From Candidatus Eiseniibacteriota bacterium (lineage in GTDB: Bacteria; Eisenbacteria; RBG-16-71-46; JABDJR01): a DNA stretch of 64,000 nt. Positions 7,313-16,624 of this stretch are shown piece after piece. Within the stretch, counting starts at the first letter, position 1; the number at the start of each line of letters is the position of its first letter. The stretch is taken from positions 1,664,001 through 1,728,000 of the forward strand of contig CAWANH010000028.1 in the NCBI GenBank assembly GCA_963783375.1. Reading direction: 5' to 3'. Under the pieces are notes generated by a model. That model was not told where the DNA came from. It was given only the letters and a program-made list of their open reading frames with translations, and did not search any database. The position numbers and the translations under genes were made by a program.

Positions 7313-10288
7313 ATGAGGCGCTATCTCTTCCCGATCGTCGTCGTTTCCCTGGCCCTGGCCATGGTGGCCGGTTGCAAGAAGGTGACCAGTACCAGTGATG
7401 GAGGGGGCATTGTCTCCGGCCCGCCGAGCATCCCGGCGGCGCTGGCCCAGGCCCAGACCATCCCGCCCATCCTGGCCAACGGGGTGAGCCAGGCGGACGT
7501 CTACGTCACCGTCGTGGATGGAATCGGTCGCTCGCTCGAGGGGATCGGCGTGAGGTTTGTCACCGACCGCGGTAGCATCGAGCACTACGCCACCACCAAC
7601 CAGAACGGCCTGGCCAGGGTCACGTTCACGAGCCAGGCGAGCGTGAACGACCTCTCGGCCACGATCACCGCCAGCGCTTCCCAGGACACCTCGGGCACGG
7701 CGGCCGCGCCGTCGGGCTCGGTGGCCCTTCTCAGCAAGGAGCCGCTCGCGCCCGAGCTGATCCACGAAGCGCTGCGCCAGCGCCGCGAGGCGGTCCACGA
7801 AGGCGTGCTGAACGCCGCCGCCGACATCAGCACCACCATCCCGATTCCGATGATCGGCGTCACCCTCACCGTCTCCGCCACCCCGGCCACGATCCCCGCC
7901 GACGGGAAGAGCACGGCGAAGGTGAAGGCGAACCTGATCGAGACCACGAGCCGGGTGCCGTTGGCCGGGGAGACCGTGCGCTTCGGGGCCACCGCGGGCT
8001 CGGTGACCGGCTCGGTCCAGACCGACGAGACCGGGACCGCCACCGCGCTCCTCACCGGGACCACCAGCGGCGCGACCTCCGAGGTCACCGCGTTCTACGC
8101 CAAGCTCCCCTCCAAGAAGGCCAGCGTGAGCTTCAGCGCCTTGAGCCTGGACCTCCTCGTGGGAACGCCGGCGGTGCAGCCCGACGGCTCCACCCGCACC
8201 CCGGTGAGCGCGCGGCTCCTGAACGCCCAGCGGAATCCGGTGGACGGGGCCGAGGTGAGCTTCGCCACCGACCAGGGGACGATCCTCTCTCCGGTCACCA
8301 CCGATACGGACGGGATGGCCATGACCACCCTGGTCACCCCGCTCGGCTCGCCCCAGGCCCAGGTCACCGCGGCCTTCGGGGCCCTGAGCGCGAACGCCAC
8401 CGTGACCTTCACCACCCTGACCTTCACCCTGGCCTCGGAGAAGGCGAGCATCCAGGCCGATGGGACGTCGACCACCGGAATCGTCGCCACCTTGACCAAT
8501 CCCGCCCACAATCCCGTGGCCGGGGTGCCGGTCCAGTTCAGCACCTCGCTCGGCACGGTGACCTCGCCCGCGGTGACCGATGACGACGGCCGGGCGGTGG
8601 CCGTCCTGACCTCCAGCGCCTCGACCGGGACCGCCACCGTGACCGCGAACTACGCCGGCGGGACCCAGAAGACGGTGCAGGTGCAGTTCGCCGCCGCCCC
8701 CGCCGCGGCCTCGATCCTCGTTTCCGCCGATCCCGCCACGCTCCCCGCCGACGGGGCGAGCCAGGCCGTCCTCACCGCCACCGTGCTCGACGCCGCGGGG
8801 AACCCCGTCCACGACGGGACCCTCGTGGCCTTCGCGGTGCCGGACGGGAACGGCAGCGTGGTCACTCCCGATCGCCCCACGGTGGATGGCGTGGCCACCG
8901 GTACCTACATCGCCGGCACCGACGCCGGCACGGTGAACGTGAGCGCGACGGTGAAGAACACCGCGGTCCAGGGATCGGTGGGCCTGAGCCTGGCCCGGCT
9001 CGAGGTCGGCGCGGTCACGGTGAGCGCGGCCGCCGACTCGGTGCTCGCGGACGGGCTGGCCTCGACGATCGTGACCGCGACGGTGACCGACCCGCTCGGC
9101 CACCCGGTGGCGCCAGGGACGGCCGTGCAGTTCACGACCAGCTCGGGAGCGCTGGAGGACGTCCAGCCCACCGATGATCAGGGCGTGGCCACCACTCGGC
9201 TCCGCGCCGGCCGGTTCGTCACCGGAATGGGGCGGGTGACGGCGAGGGTCGGCACCTACCAGACCACGACCGACGTGCGTTTCGTCTCCGAGGCCCCGGC
9301 CCAGATCGTGATCCTCGAGGTGAACAACCCGCGGATCGGGATCCAGTCGACCGGGGCGAACGAGACGTCCCAGATCACCTACGAGGTCCGGGACCGGAAC
9401 GGCATCCCGGTGGACGGGAACCACAAGGCGACCCTGAACTTCACCGTGGTCGCGGAGAGCGGCTTCTCCGACGCCACCGTGAACCCGACCACGGCGACCA
9501 CCAATGAGCGCGGCCGGGCGATCGCCAACGTGCATTCGGGGGTGAAGGCCGGGGCGATCGAGGTCCAGGCCGCCGCGGGCGGGCTGCTCTCCAAGCCCAT
9601 CCGGATCGCCATTCACGGCGACCTTCCCGATCCGGACCACTTCTCCCTGGCCTTCCAGAAGGTCAACATCGCCGGCCTGGTCTACGACCAGATCCAGAAC
9701 GGGGTCACCACCCTGGTCGGCGACCAGTACGGGAACCCGGTCCCCGATTCCACCGCGGTCTGGTTCTCGGCGGACTTCGGGGTGGTGCAGGGAAGCGCCT
9801 TCACCGACGAGCACGGTCTGGCCACGGTGTGGGAGGTGACCGGCGCCCCACGGCCGGACATCCCCGGTGGCGACGGCCTGGTCACCATCACCGCCCAGAC
9901 GGTGAGCAAGGCCGGCGACGCGATCTTCACTTCGGGCCAGGTACTCTGGTCCGGGCCGACCATCATCGAGTTCACCAGCCCGACCACGGGTCAGGGTTTC
10001 AATGTCCCCAAGGGCGGTTTCACGACGCTCACCTTCCGGGTGCGCGACGCCAACAACAACCCGCTGACCAGGGGCACCCAGATCGAGGTGAGCACCACCG
10101 CGGGGAGCATCGCCGGGGACACCGACATCGTCCTCCCCGACACCCAGTCCTCGGAGTACACGACCTTCCAGGTAAGCCTCTCCGACGACACCCCGGACGA
10201 GGATGTGGCCCGGCCGGTGACGATCGCGGTGCAGGTGACGAGCGAGAACGGCAACCGGACCGCGGTCATCAACGGAACCGTGCACTAG
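7313..10288 (+). CDS. surface lipoprotein with tandem Big_1 (invasin/intimin-like Ig) domains
   Basis: AAGGAG SD; lipobox MVAGC; repeated ADG.S...VTATV.D..GNPV.G..V.F.T..G...TD..G.A motifs. Confidence 0.88.
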   Translation: MRRYLFPIVVVSLALAMVAGCKKVTSTSDGGGIVSGPPSIPAALAQAQTIPPILANGVSQADVYVTVVDGIGRSLEGIGVRFVTDRGSIEHYATTNQNGLARVTFTSQASVNDLSATITASASQDTSGTAAAPSGSVALLSKEPLAPELIHEALRQRREAVHEGVLNAAADISTTIPIPMIGVTLTVSATPATIPADGKSTAKVKANLIETTSRVPLAGETVRFGATAGSVTGSVQTDETGTATALLTGTTSGATSEVTAFYAKLPSKKASVSFSALSLDLLVGTPAVQPDGSTRTPVSARLLNAQRNPVDGAEVSFATDQGTILSPVTTDTDGMAMTTLVTPLGSPQAQVTAAFGALSANATVTFTTLTFTLASEKASIQADGTSTTGIVATLTNPAHNPVAGVPVQFSTSLGTVTSPAVTDDDGRAVAVLTSSASTGTATVTANYAGGTQKTVQVQFAAAPAAASILVSADPATLPADGASQAVLTATVLDAAGNPVHDGTLVAFAVPDGNGSVVTPDRPTVDGVATGTYIAGTDAGTVNVSATVKNTAVQGSVGLSLARLEVGAVTVSAAADSVLADGLASTIVTATVTDPLGHPVAPGTAVQFTTSSGALEDVQPTDDQGVATTRLRAGRFVTGMGRVTARVGTYQTTTDVRFVSEAPAQIVILEVNNPRIGIQSTGANETSQITYEVRDRNGIPVDGNHKATLNFTVVAESGFSDATVNPTTATTNERGRAIANVHSGVKAGAIEVQAAAGGLLSKPIRIAIHGDLPDPDHFSLAFQKVNIAGLVYDQIQNGVTTLVGDQYGNPVPDSTAVWFSADFGVVQGSAFTDEHGLATVWEVTGAPRPDIPGGDGLVTITAQTVSKAGDAIFTSGQVLWSGPTIIEFTSPTTGQGFNVPKGGFTTLTFRVRDANNNPLTRGTQIEVSTTAGSIAGDTDIVLPDTQSSEYTTFQVSLSDDTPDEDVARPVTIAVQVTSENGNRTAVINGTVH

Positions 10289-10319
10289 CACCGATTCGCG
10301 GAATCGCAGAGACGGCTGA

Positions 10320-10348
10320 AGGGGAGGGACGCGCGGCGTCCCTCCCCT
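10320..10348 (+). terminator. hairpin, probable terminator
   Basis: AGGGGAGGGACGC-GCG-GCGTCCCTCCCCT just after the Big_1 gene; weak U-tract. Confidence 0.55.
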
Positions 10349-10388
10349 GTTATCATGGGCCCTCACCCCCAGTCTCCGGAGGTATCCC

Positions 10389-12398
10389 GTGCCCGACACC
10401 CGTCCCGCCGCCTGCCCCCTGGACTGCCCCGACGCCTGCTCGCTCACCGTCACCGTCGCCGACGGCCGGGTGACCGCGGTGGACGGGAGCGAGCGGAACC
10501 CGGTCACCGCGGGCTACATCTGCGCCAAGGTGCGCCGCTTCCCGGAAGCCATGTACGGCGAGGAACGGGTTCTGAAACCGCTCCTCCGCGTCGGTCCCAA
10601 GGGCGAGGCCGCGTTCCACGAGGTGAGCTGGGAGAAGGCGCTGGACGTGGTGGCCGAGCGCCTGGACGAGACCCGCCGCGTCCACGGGGGCGAGGCGATC
10701 CTGCCCTTCTCCTACGGGGGCTCCAACGGCCTTCTCTCTCAGGACACCACCGACGCCCGGCTCTTTCGCCGGCTGGGCGCCTCGAACCTGGCCCGCACGG
10801 TGTGCGCCGTCCCCACGAGCCGCGCCGCCCAGGGCCTTTACGGGAAGATGGCCGGGGTCGCCTATCCCGACTATGTCCACGCCCGCCTGATCGTGGCCTG
10901 GGGGGTGAACCCCGCGGTCTCCGGCATCCATCTCATGCCCTTCATCCAGGAGGCGCAGAAGCGCGGAGCGAAGCTCGCGGTGATCGACCCCCGCCGCACC
11001 AAGCTCGCCCGTCGCTCCGACCTCCACGTGGCTCCGCACCCCGGGACCGATCTTCCGCTGGCCCTGGCGGTGGTGAACCTGCTGTTCGAGAACGGCTGGG
11101 CCGACGAGCGGTTCCTGGCCGCGCACGCGGACGGGGTGAGCAATTTGCGGGAGATCGCCGCATCCTGGAACGTGCACAAGGCGGCCAGCATCTGTCGCAT
11201 CACCCCGCTCGAGATCGAGCAGCTGGCAAAGCTTTATGCCGAGTCGTCCCCGGCGGTGATCCGCTGCGGCTGGGGCCTGGAACGGAACCGGAACGGCGGC
11301 TCGGCGGCGGCGGCGGTCCTGGCGCTGCCGGCGGTGGCGGGGAAGTTCGGGGTGCGGGGGGGAGGCTACACCCTCAGCAACTCCTCGGTCTGGGGCCTCT
11401 CCTCCGAGGCCTCGGCGGGCGAGCCGAAGCCGGCGGTCCGGACGGTGAACATGAACGAGCTGGGAAAGACCCTGGCCCCCGACGCCCACACCCCGGTCAT
11501 GGCGCTCTTCGTCTACAACTGCAACCCGCTCGCCACCATGCCCGAGCAGGAGAAGGTGCGGAAGGGGCTCCTCCGCGAGGACCTCTTCACCGTGGTATTC
11601 GATCCGTTCCTGACCGACACCGCCCGCTACGCCGACGTGGTGCTCCCCGCGGCCACGTTTCTCGAACGGCGGGAGCTCTCCAAGGGGTACGGAGCGTTCG
11701 CGCTTCAGGCCACCGAGCCCGCCGCGTCCCCGGCGGGGGAGTCGCGCACCAACCACGAGGTGTTCGCGGATCTCGTGCGGCGGCTGGGGCTCGCGCGCCC
11801 CGGCGACGCGGAGACCGAGGACGAAGTCCAGCGGGCGATCCTTGCCGCCCACCCCGAGGGGGAGCGGCTGGCCGCCGAGCTGGTCGCGGGCGGCCTGGCA
11901 GTGCCGGGTTTCGGGGCGACGCCGGTGCAGTTCGTGGACGTCTTTCCCGGGACCCCGGACCGCCGCGCGCACCTCTTTCCCGACGACCTGGACCGCGAGG
12001 CACCCGAGGGGCTCTACGCCTACCGCCCCGATCCCGGCGACCGGCGGTATCCGTTGGCGCTGATATCGCCGGGCTCGGACAAGACGATCAGCTCGAGTCT
12101 CGGTCAGCTCCGCCGGGACCCGGTGCCGCTTCGCATCCACCCCGTCGACGCGGTGCCGCGAAGGATCGCCGACGGCGACCGGGTCCGGGTCGTGAACGAC
12201 TCCGGCGAGGTCGTCTGCCGCGCGGCGATCGATCCCGACGTCCGGGCCGGGGTGGTGGAGCTCCCCAAGGGGCTCTGGAGCCACAACACGGAGAACGGGG
12301 CGACCGCCAACGCGCTGGCCCCGGACACCCTGACCGATCTCGGGGGCGGCGCGTGCTTCAACGACGCGCGTGTCCAGGTGACGCGGCTCGGGGAGTGA
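10389..12398 (+). CDS. molybdopterin-dependent oxidoreductase (DMSO reductase/MopB superfamily), cytoplasmic
   Basis: N-terminal CPLDCPDAC...C [4Fe-4S] motif; WGVNP, VIDPRRT, PGTD, TDTARYADVVLPAATFLE; C-terminal dinucleotide-binding domain. Confidence 0.92.
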   Translation: MPDTRPAACPLDCPDACSLTVTVADGRVTAVDGSERNPVTAGYICAKVRRFPEAMYGEERVLKPLLRVGPKGEAAFHEVSWEKALDVVAERLDETRRVHGGEAILPFSYGGSNGLLSQDTTDARLFRRLGASNLARTVCAVPTSRAAQGLYGKMAGVAYPDYVHARLIVAWGVNPAVSGIHLMPFIQEAQKRGAKLAVIDPRRTKLARRSDLHVAPHPGTDLPLALAVVNLLFENGWADERFLAAHADGVSNLREIAASWNVHKAASICRITPLEIEQLAKLYAESSPAVIRCGWGLERNRNGGSAAAAVLALPAVAGKFGVRGGGYTLSNSSVWGLSSEASAGEPKPAVRTVNMNELGKTLAPDAHTPVMALFVYNCNPLATMPEQEKVRKGLLREDLFTVVFDPFLTDTARYADVVLPAATFLERRELSKGYGAFALQATEPAASPAGESRTNHEVFADLVRRLGLARPGDAETEDEVQRAILAAHPEGERLAAELVAGGLAVPGFGATPVQFVDVFPGTPDRRAHLFPDDLDREAPEGLYAYRPDPGDRRYPLALISPGSDKTISSSLGQLRRDPVPLRIHPVDAVPRRIADGDRVRVVNDSGEVVCRAAIDPDVRAGVVELPKGLWSHNTENGATANALAPDTLTDLGGGACFNDARVQVTRLGE

Positions 12399-12486
12399 AC
12401 GGACGGCGCAACGGGATCCGACCCGGCGCGCCGCCGTTCGGGGCGCCTCGCCATTTCCGAGCGGCGAACCTCCGTCGCCGTCGCGT

Positions 12487-13224
12487 CTACACCCGCCTAA
12501 CGCTGAACGGAATGGTCGCGGTACCGAAGATGTTCCCGGTCCTGGCGTTCACCAGGTCCTGGCGGAAGACCACCTGCGCCTCGCCCGGGCTCACCTTCTG
12601 GAAGTAGAGGTAGCCGGAGATGTGTCCGTTCGGCTCCACCACGCCCTCGGGCAGGGCCTCGCGGACCATTTCCCGGGTGGGGAGGTTGATGGACTTCCAA
12701 TAGGTGTAGTAGTTGTCGTAGTAGAGCGGGTCGTAGTAGAACGGACCGGCCCAGTGCGCGAGCGTCGGGTACATCGGCCCCAGGTAGGGCGCCACGTCGA
12801 ACCCGTCCTCGTCGAACTCGGGCTCCTCGACCGGGGGGTAGAGGTTCTCCACCACCGGCTCCTGGACGGTGCCGCTCACCCCGTAGGGCGGGAGCGCGGC
12901 GTAGCGGACGCCTCGGGGGCCCACCAGGGAGAAGTCGGTATAGCGGATCCGGACCGGCCGGGTGCCGTGGTTCTGGATGGTGACCCGGACCGGGGTCACG
13001 TCCTCGAGGATGGCCGCCCGGCCGATCCACACGTTGGGTTCGGCGAGAACGTCCACGCTGTCCACGTTCGAGACCGCGGCGAAGGGTTCGCCGACGACCT
13101 CCTGGGCGCCGGGGGCGGGGGTGAGCTGGGCCTGGGAACCGCAGCCGGCCAGGGCCAGAAAGAGGGCCGCCGAGAGGCCGGCGGCGCCGATCGTAAATCG
13201 CGAGCGACCGTGAACGTGCTTCAT
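12487..13224 (-). CDS. hypothetical lipoprotein
   Basis: GAAGGAG SD; lipobox LAGC; Tyr/Pro-rich segment; ALPEGVV...GYLYF. Confidence 0.75.
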   Translation of the reverse strand: MKHVHGRSRFTIGAAGLSAALFLALAGCGSQAQLTPAPGAQEVVGEPFAAVSNVDSVDVLAEPNVWIGRAAILEDVTPVRVTIQNHGTRPVRIRYTDFSLVGPRGVRYAALPPYGVSGTVQEPVVENLYPPVEEPEFDEDGFDVAPYLGPMYPTLAHWAGPFYYDPLYYDNYYTYWKSINLPTREMVREALPEGVVEPNGHISGYLYFQKVSPGEAQVVFRQDLVNARTGNIFGTATIPFSVRRV

Positions 13225-13385
13225 GATGATTCTCTCCTTCATGACGAGTGCTTGATTCCAAAACGATGTCTTGATCAATCCCACCGGTTGTCCGATCCTG
13301 AGTGGGCGTCCGCACACCTGGAATATCCGAAAACATGGCGACCTATTTCGTCCTTTGTGGGGCCGGGTCGGGAGCAGATTGCCGG

Positions 13386-13414
13386 TTGACGGGCCGGAGC
13401 CTAGATGGTAATAA
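13386..13414 (+). promoter_or_regulatory. sigma70-type promoter TTGACG-N17-TAATAA (TGn-extended), likely giving a leaderless transcript
   Basis: -10 ends 7 nt before the ATG at 13422; no SD. Confidence 0.5.
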
Positions 13415-13421
13415 TTAGCAC

Positions 13422-13925
13422 ATGAGAAACGGTCGTAAGAAGGACTCCGGCGGTGCGGGCGTCCGCGCCGCGGAGTCGGTGACCCGGTGGTGCGAGGCGT
13501 TCGGGCAGACCTGCCGGGACCGGGGGATCCGGGTAACTCCCCAGCGGCTTGCGGTTTACCGCGCCCTGGCCGAGGACCTGAGTCACCCCACCGCGGACCA
13601 GGTGCACGCGCGGCTCCGCCCCGAAATGCCGAGCCTCTCCCTGGCCACGGTCTACCGGATCCTGGAATCCCTGGAGGGGGAACGGCTCATCCGCCGGGTG
13701 AGCACCCTCGACGGGGTGGGGCGGTTCGACGCCAACCTCGATGCCCACCAGCACCTGGTGTGCCGGGGCTGCGGCCGCATGACCGATTTCGACGAGGCGT
13801 CCCTGGCACGGATCCGGTTGCCGCGGACCGCCGCCTCCGGCTTCACCGCCGAGGGGCTCGATATCCGGATCATCGGACTTTGCGACGCGTGCCGCGACTC
13901 CGCCGGGAAGGCCGGCCGGAGCTGA
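13422..13925 (+). CDS. Fur family transcriptional regulator, PerR-like
   Basis: RVTPQR, HPTAD, SLATVYR, HQHLVCRGC and CDAC motifs; upstream of rubrerythrin. Confidence 0.92.
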   Translation: MRNGRKKDSGGAGVRAAESVTRWCEAFGQTCRDRGIRVTPQRLAVYRALAEDLSHPTADQVHARLRPEMPSLSLATVYRILESLEGERLIRRVSTLDGVGRFDANLDAHQHLVCRGCGRMTDFDEASLARIRLPRTAASGFTAEGLDIRIIGLCDACRDSAGKAGRS

Positions 13926-13985
13926 CGGCGCACTTTGAACACCGGGGCGGTGGACGCCTCCCCGGATCATGAGGAGACATCGAAC

Positions 13986-14405
13986 ATGGCAGAGTTGAAG
14001 GGCTCCAAGACCCACCAGAACTTGAAGGACGCGTTCGCCGGCGAGAGCCAGGCCAACCGCCGCTACCTCTACTTCGCGAAGATCGCCGACGTCGAGGGCT
14101 ATCCCGAGGTGGCGGGGAACTTCCGCGAGACCGCCGAGGGCGAGACCGGCCACGCCCACGGCCATCTGGACTACCTGAAGAAGGTGGGCGACCCGGCCAC
14201 CGACCTCCCCATGGGCGGCACCGACGAGAACCTGAAGGCGGCCGTCGCGGGCGAGACCCACGAGTACACCGACATGTACCCGGGAATGGCCAAGACCGCG
14301 CGCGAGGAAGGCTTCACCGAGATCGCCGACTGGTTCGAGACCCTGGCCAAGGCGGAGAAGTCCCACGCCGGGCGTTTCACCCAGATGCTGAAGTCGATCA
14401 GCTGA
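13986..14405 (+). CDS. rbr: rubrerythrin (short form lacking the rubredoxin domain)
   Basis: NLKDAFAGESQANRRY, ETGHA, GETHEYTDMYPG, AEKSH di-iron motifs; GAGGAG SD. Confidence 0.95.
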   Translation: MAELKGSKTHQNLKDAFAGESQANRRYLYFAKIADVEGYPEVAGNFRETAEGETGHAHGHLDYLKKVGDPATDLPMGGTDENLKAAVAGETHEYTDMYPGMAKTAREEGFTEIADWFETLAKAEKSHAGRFTQMLKSIS

Positions 14406-14520
14406 TCGGGGTTTGCAATCGCGGGCGGGGGGCCGGCGAGGCCCTCCGCCCGGACTTTCTCCGGGACCCGGGCGCCGTGAACCGGCCGGGTCGGGGAGGC
14501 GATGCCGGGAGGGGAGCGCC

Positions 14521-15891
14521 ATGAGCGAAGCCGGGAAGAACGTCTCGTACCAGCCCACCGAGGGCATCTCCTACGACCCCGCCGAGCCGGTCTACTGGGA
14601 CCGGGCGGGCCTCGCCAAGGAGATCACCCGCACCTTCGAGATCTGCCACGGGTGCCGCCTCTGCTTCAAGTACTGCGACACTTTCCCCGATCTCTTCTCG
14701 CTCATCGACGACAAGTACGACGGTGACGTGCGGAAGATCACCCCGGGCGAAACCGAGGCGGTTCTCGACACCTGCTTCCAGTGCAAGCTCTGCGAGGTGC
14801 AGTGCCCCTACACCGAGCGGGACGGCCACGAGTACCGGCTCGACTTCCCCAGGATGGTTCACCGCCAGCGGGCGATCCGGGCCCCGAGCAAGGGCGTGCC
14901 GCTCCGCGACCGCATCCTGGCCGACCCCGACCGCGCCGGGAAGATGGCCCGCATGAGCTTCGGGATGGCCAACGTGGCCAACCGGACCGCGATCCACCGG
15001 TGGTTCATGGAGAAGGCGCTGGGGATCCACCGCGAGAAGCTCCTCCCCGACTTCGCCGGCGAGACCTTCGAGGCCTGGGCGGAGAAGAACGGCCGGATGG
15101 CCGCCGAGCCCGGCGGCGAGGCGGTCCTCTTCCAGACCTGCTTCGTTCAGAACAACGAGCCGGAGCTGGGGCGGGACACGCTCGAGGTGCTGGACCGGAA
15201 CGGCGTGGACGTGAAGTGCGCCCGCGGGCTCCAGTGCTGCGGCATGCCGGCGTGGGAGAAGGGGGACCTGGCCTCGGTCCAGGCCCAGGCCCGGCGGAAC
15301 CTGGAGATCCTGGAGCCCTTCGTGGCCAAAGGGGCCAAGGTGCTGGCCATCAACCCCACCTGCTCCATGATGCTTCGCCGGGAGTACCCGACTCTCGTGT
15401 CCGCGGCGGACCGCGAGCGCGCGAAGCGCGTGGCCGGGGCGGTCATGGACCCGAGCGAGTTCCTGTGGTCCATCCGCGACCAGGAGCGGTTCAACACCGA
15501 CTTCAAGAGCACCCCGGGGGGGAAGGTGAGCTATCACGCTCCCTGCCATCTCCGGGCCCAGGGGGTGGGGTTCAAAGGACGGGACCTCTTGCGGAAGATC
15601 CCGGGGGTGAGTCCGGCCTTCGTGATGGAGTGCTGCGGCCACGACGGCACCTTCGCCATGACGGTGAAGGGGTTCGAGCCTTCCCAGAGGGTGGGGAAGA
15701 AGGCCTTCGATGAGATGAAGGAGGTGGGGTCCGAGGTCTGGTCCACCGACTGTCCCCTGGCCGCCCTCCAGTTCCAGCAGCATGCGGGGGTGAAGCCGAT
15801 GCACCCCATGAGCATCCTGGCCCGGGCCTACCGGGAGGACGGCTTCCCCGGGAAAATCAAAGACACTCAGGACGACGACAAGAAGGATTGA
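14521..15891 (+). CDS. rubrerythrin-associated Fe-S oxidoreductase (GlpC/HdrD-like, CCG domains)
   Basis: CHGCRLCFKYC and CFQCKLCEVQCP ferredoxin motifs; CCG, PTC, HAPCH, ECCG, DCP. Confidence 0.9.
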   Translation: MSEAGKNVSYQPTEGISYDPAEPVYWDRAGLAKEITRTFEICHGCRLCFKYCDTFPDLFSLIDDKYDGDVRKITPGETEAVLDTCFQCKLCEVQCPYTERDGHEYRLDFPRMVHRQRAIRAPSKGVPLRDRILADPDRAGKMARMSFGMANVANRTAIHRWFMEKALGIHREKLLPDFAGETFEAWAEKNGRMAAEPGGEAVLFQTCFVQNNEPELGRDTLEVLDRNGVDVKCARGLQCCGMPAWEKGDLASVQAQARRNLEILEPFVAKGAKVLAINPTCSMMLRREYPTLVSAADRERAKRVAGAVMDPSEFLWSIRDQERFNTDFKSTPGGKVSYHAPCHLRAQGVGFKGRDLLRKIPGVSPAFVMECCGHDGTFAMTVKGFEPSQRVGKKAFDEMKEVGSEVWSTDCPLAALQFQQHAGVKPMHPMSILARAYREDGFPGKIKDTQDDDKKD

Positions 15892-15898
15892 GAGAGCC

Positions 15899-16453
15899 AT
15901 GAAACCCATCAGCCGAGACGACATCGTTGATTTCGAGACCTACGAGGAGACCCGGCCGGAGTTCCGCGCCCGGGTGATGCAGGTCAAGGACGCCCGCCGG
16001 ATCCACGTCGGCGAGGATCTCACGTTCCTCTTCGAGAACGCCCTCACCATGCGCTACCAGGTTCAAGAGATGATGCGGGCGGAGCGGATGGTGAAGGAAA
16101 GCGACATCCAGCACGAGATCGAGACCTACAACGGGCTCCTTGGCGGCGACGGCGAGTTGGGGGCCACGCTCCTGATCGAGATCGACGACCCCGACGAGCG
16201 GAACGTGAAACTTCGGGAGTGGATGGAGCTTCCCGAGCACCTCTATGCGCTTCTCGAGGACGGCGCCAAGGTGCGCCCGACCTTCGACGAGAGCCAGCGG
16301 GGGGAGGGACGGCTGAGCTCGGTCCAGTACCTCAAGTTCAAGGTTGGGAAGAGCGCCCCGGTGACCCTGGGGGTCGATCTCCCCGGCGCCGAGGCCGAGG
16401 CCCGGCTCACCGACGCGCAGCGCCAGGCGCTGGCGGAGGATTTGAAGGGCTGA
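15899..16453 (+). CDS. DUF3501 family protein
   Basis: FLFEN...RYQVQEMMRAE...EIETYN...LSSVQYLKF; usual position after Rbr and the Fe-S protein. Confidence 0.9.
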   Translation: MKPISRDDIVDFETYEETRPEFRARVMQVKDARRIHVGEDLTFLFENALTMRYQVQEMMRAERMVKESDIQHEIETYNGLLGGDGELGATLLIEIDDPDERNVKLREWMELPEHLYALLEDGAKVRPTFDESQRGEGRLSSVQYLKFKVGKSAPVTLGVDLPGAEAEARLTDAQRQALAEDLKG

Positions 16454-16624
16454 GTTCAGGCTCCCCGTTGCCCGGCCGCGATCCGGTCGGGAATGCCGAC
16501 TTTAAGAGTACTAGGATATTTTCCTGGCACATTTTGATTTCATGAGTAGTTTTCAGTAGGTTAATGCTAGCCTCTCGCCTTGTACCCCCTCACTTTCTTT
16601 CCCTGCCGAAAGTGAGGTCGAGTG

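Noticed and set aside
7154-10507. Very long antisense or alternate-frame ORFs (also 16910-19549, 19658-22066, 38878-41700, 39240-41951, 42124-44697, 50614-52785, 56213-58369)
   Set aside because: Shadow ORFs expected from high GC3 bias over real genes; Arg/Gly/Pro-rich with no motifs
16525-16545. TGGCAC as a sigma54 promoter for the Ig-repeat lipoprotein
   Set aside because: No GC at the -12 position
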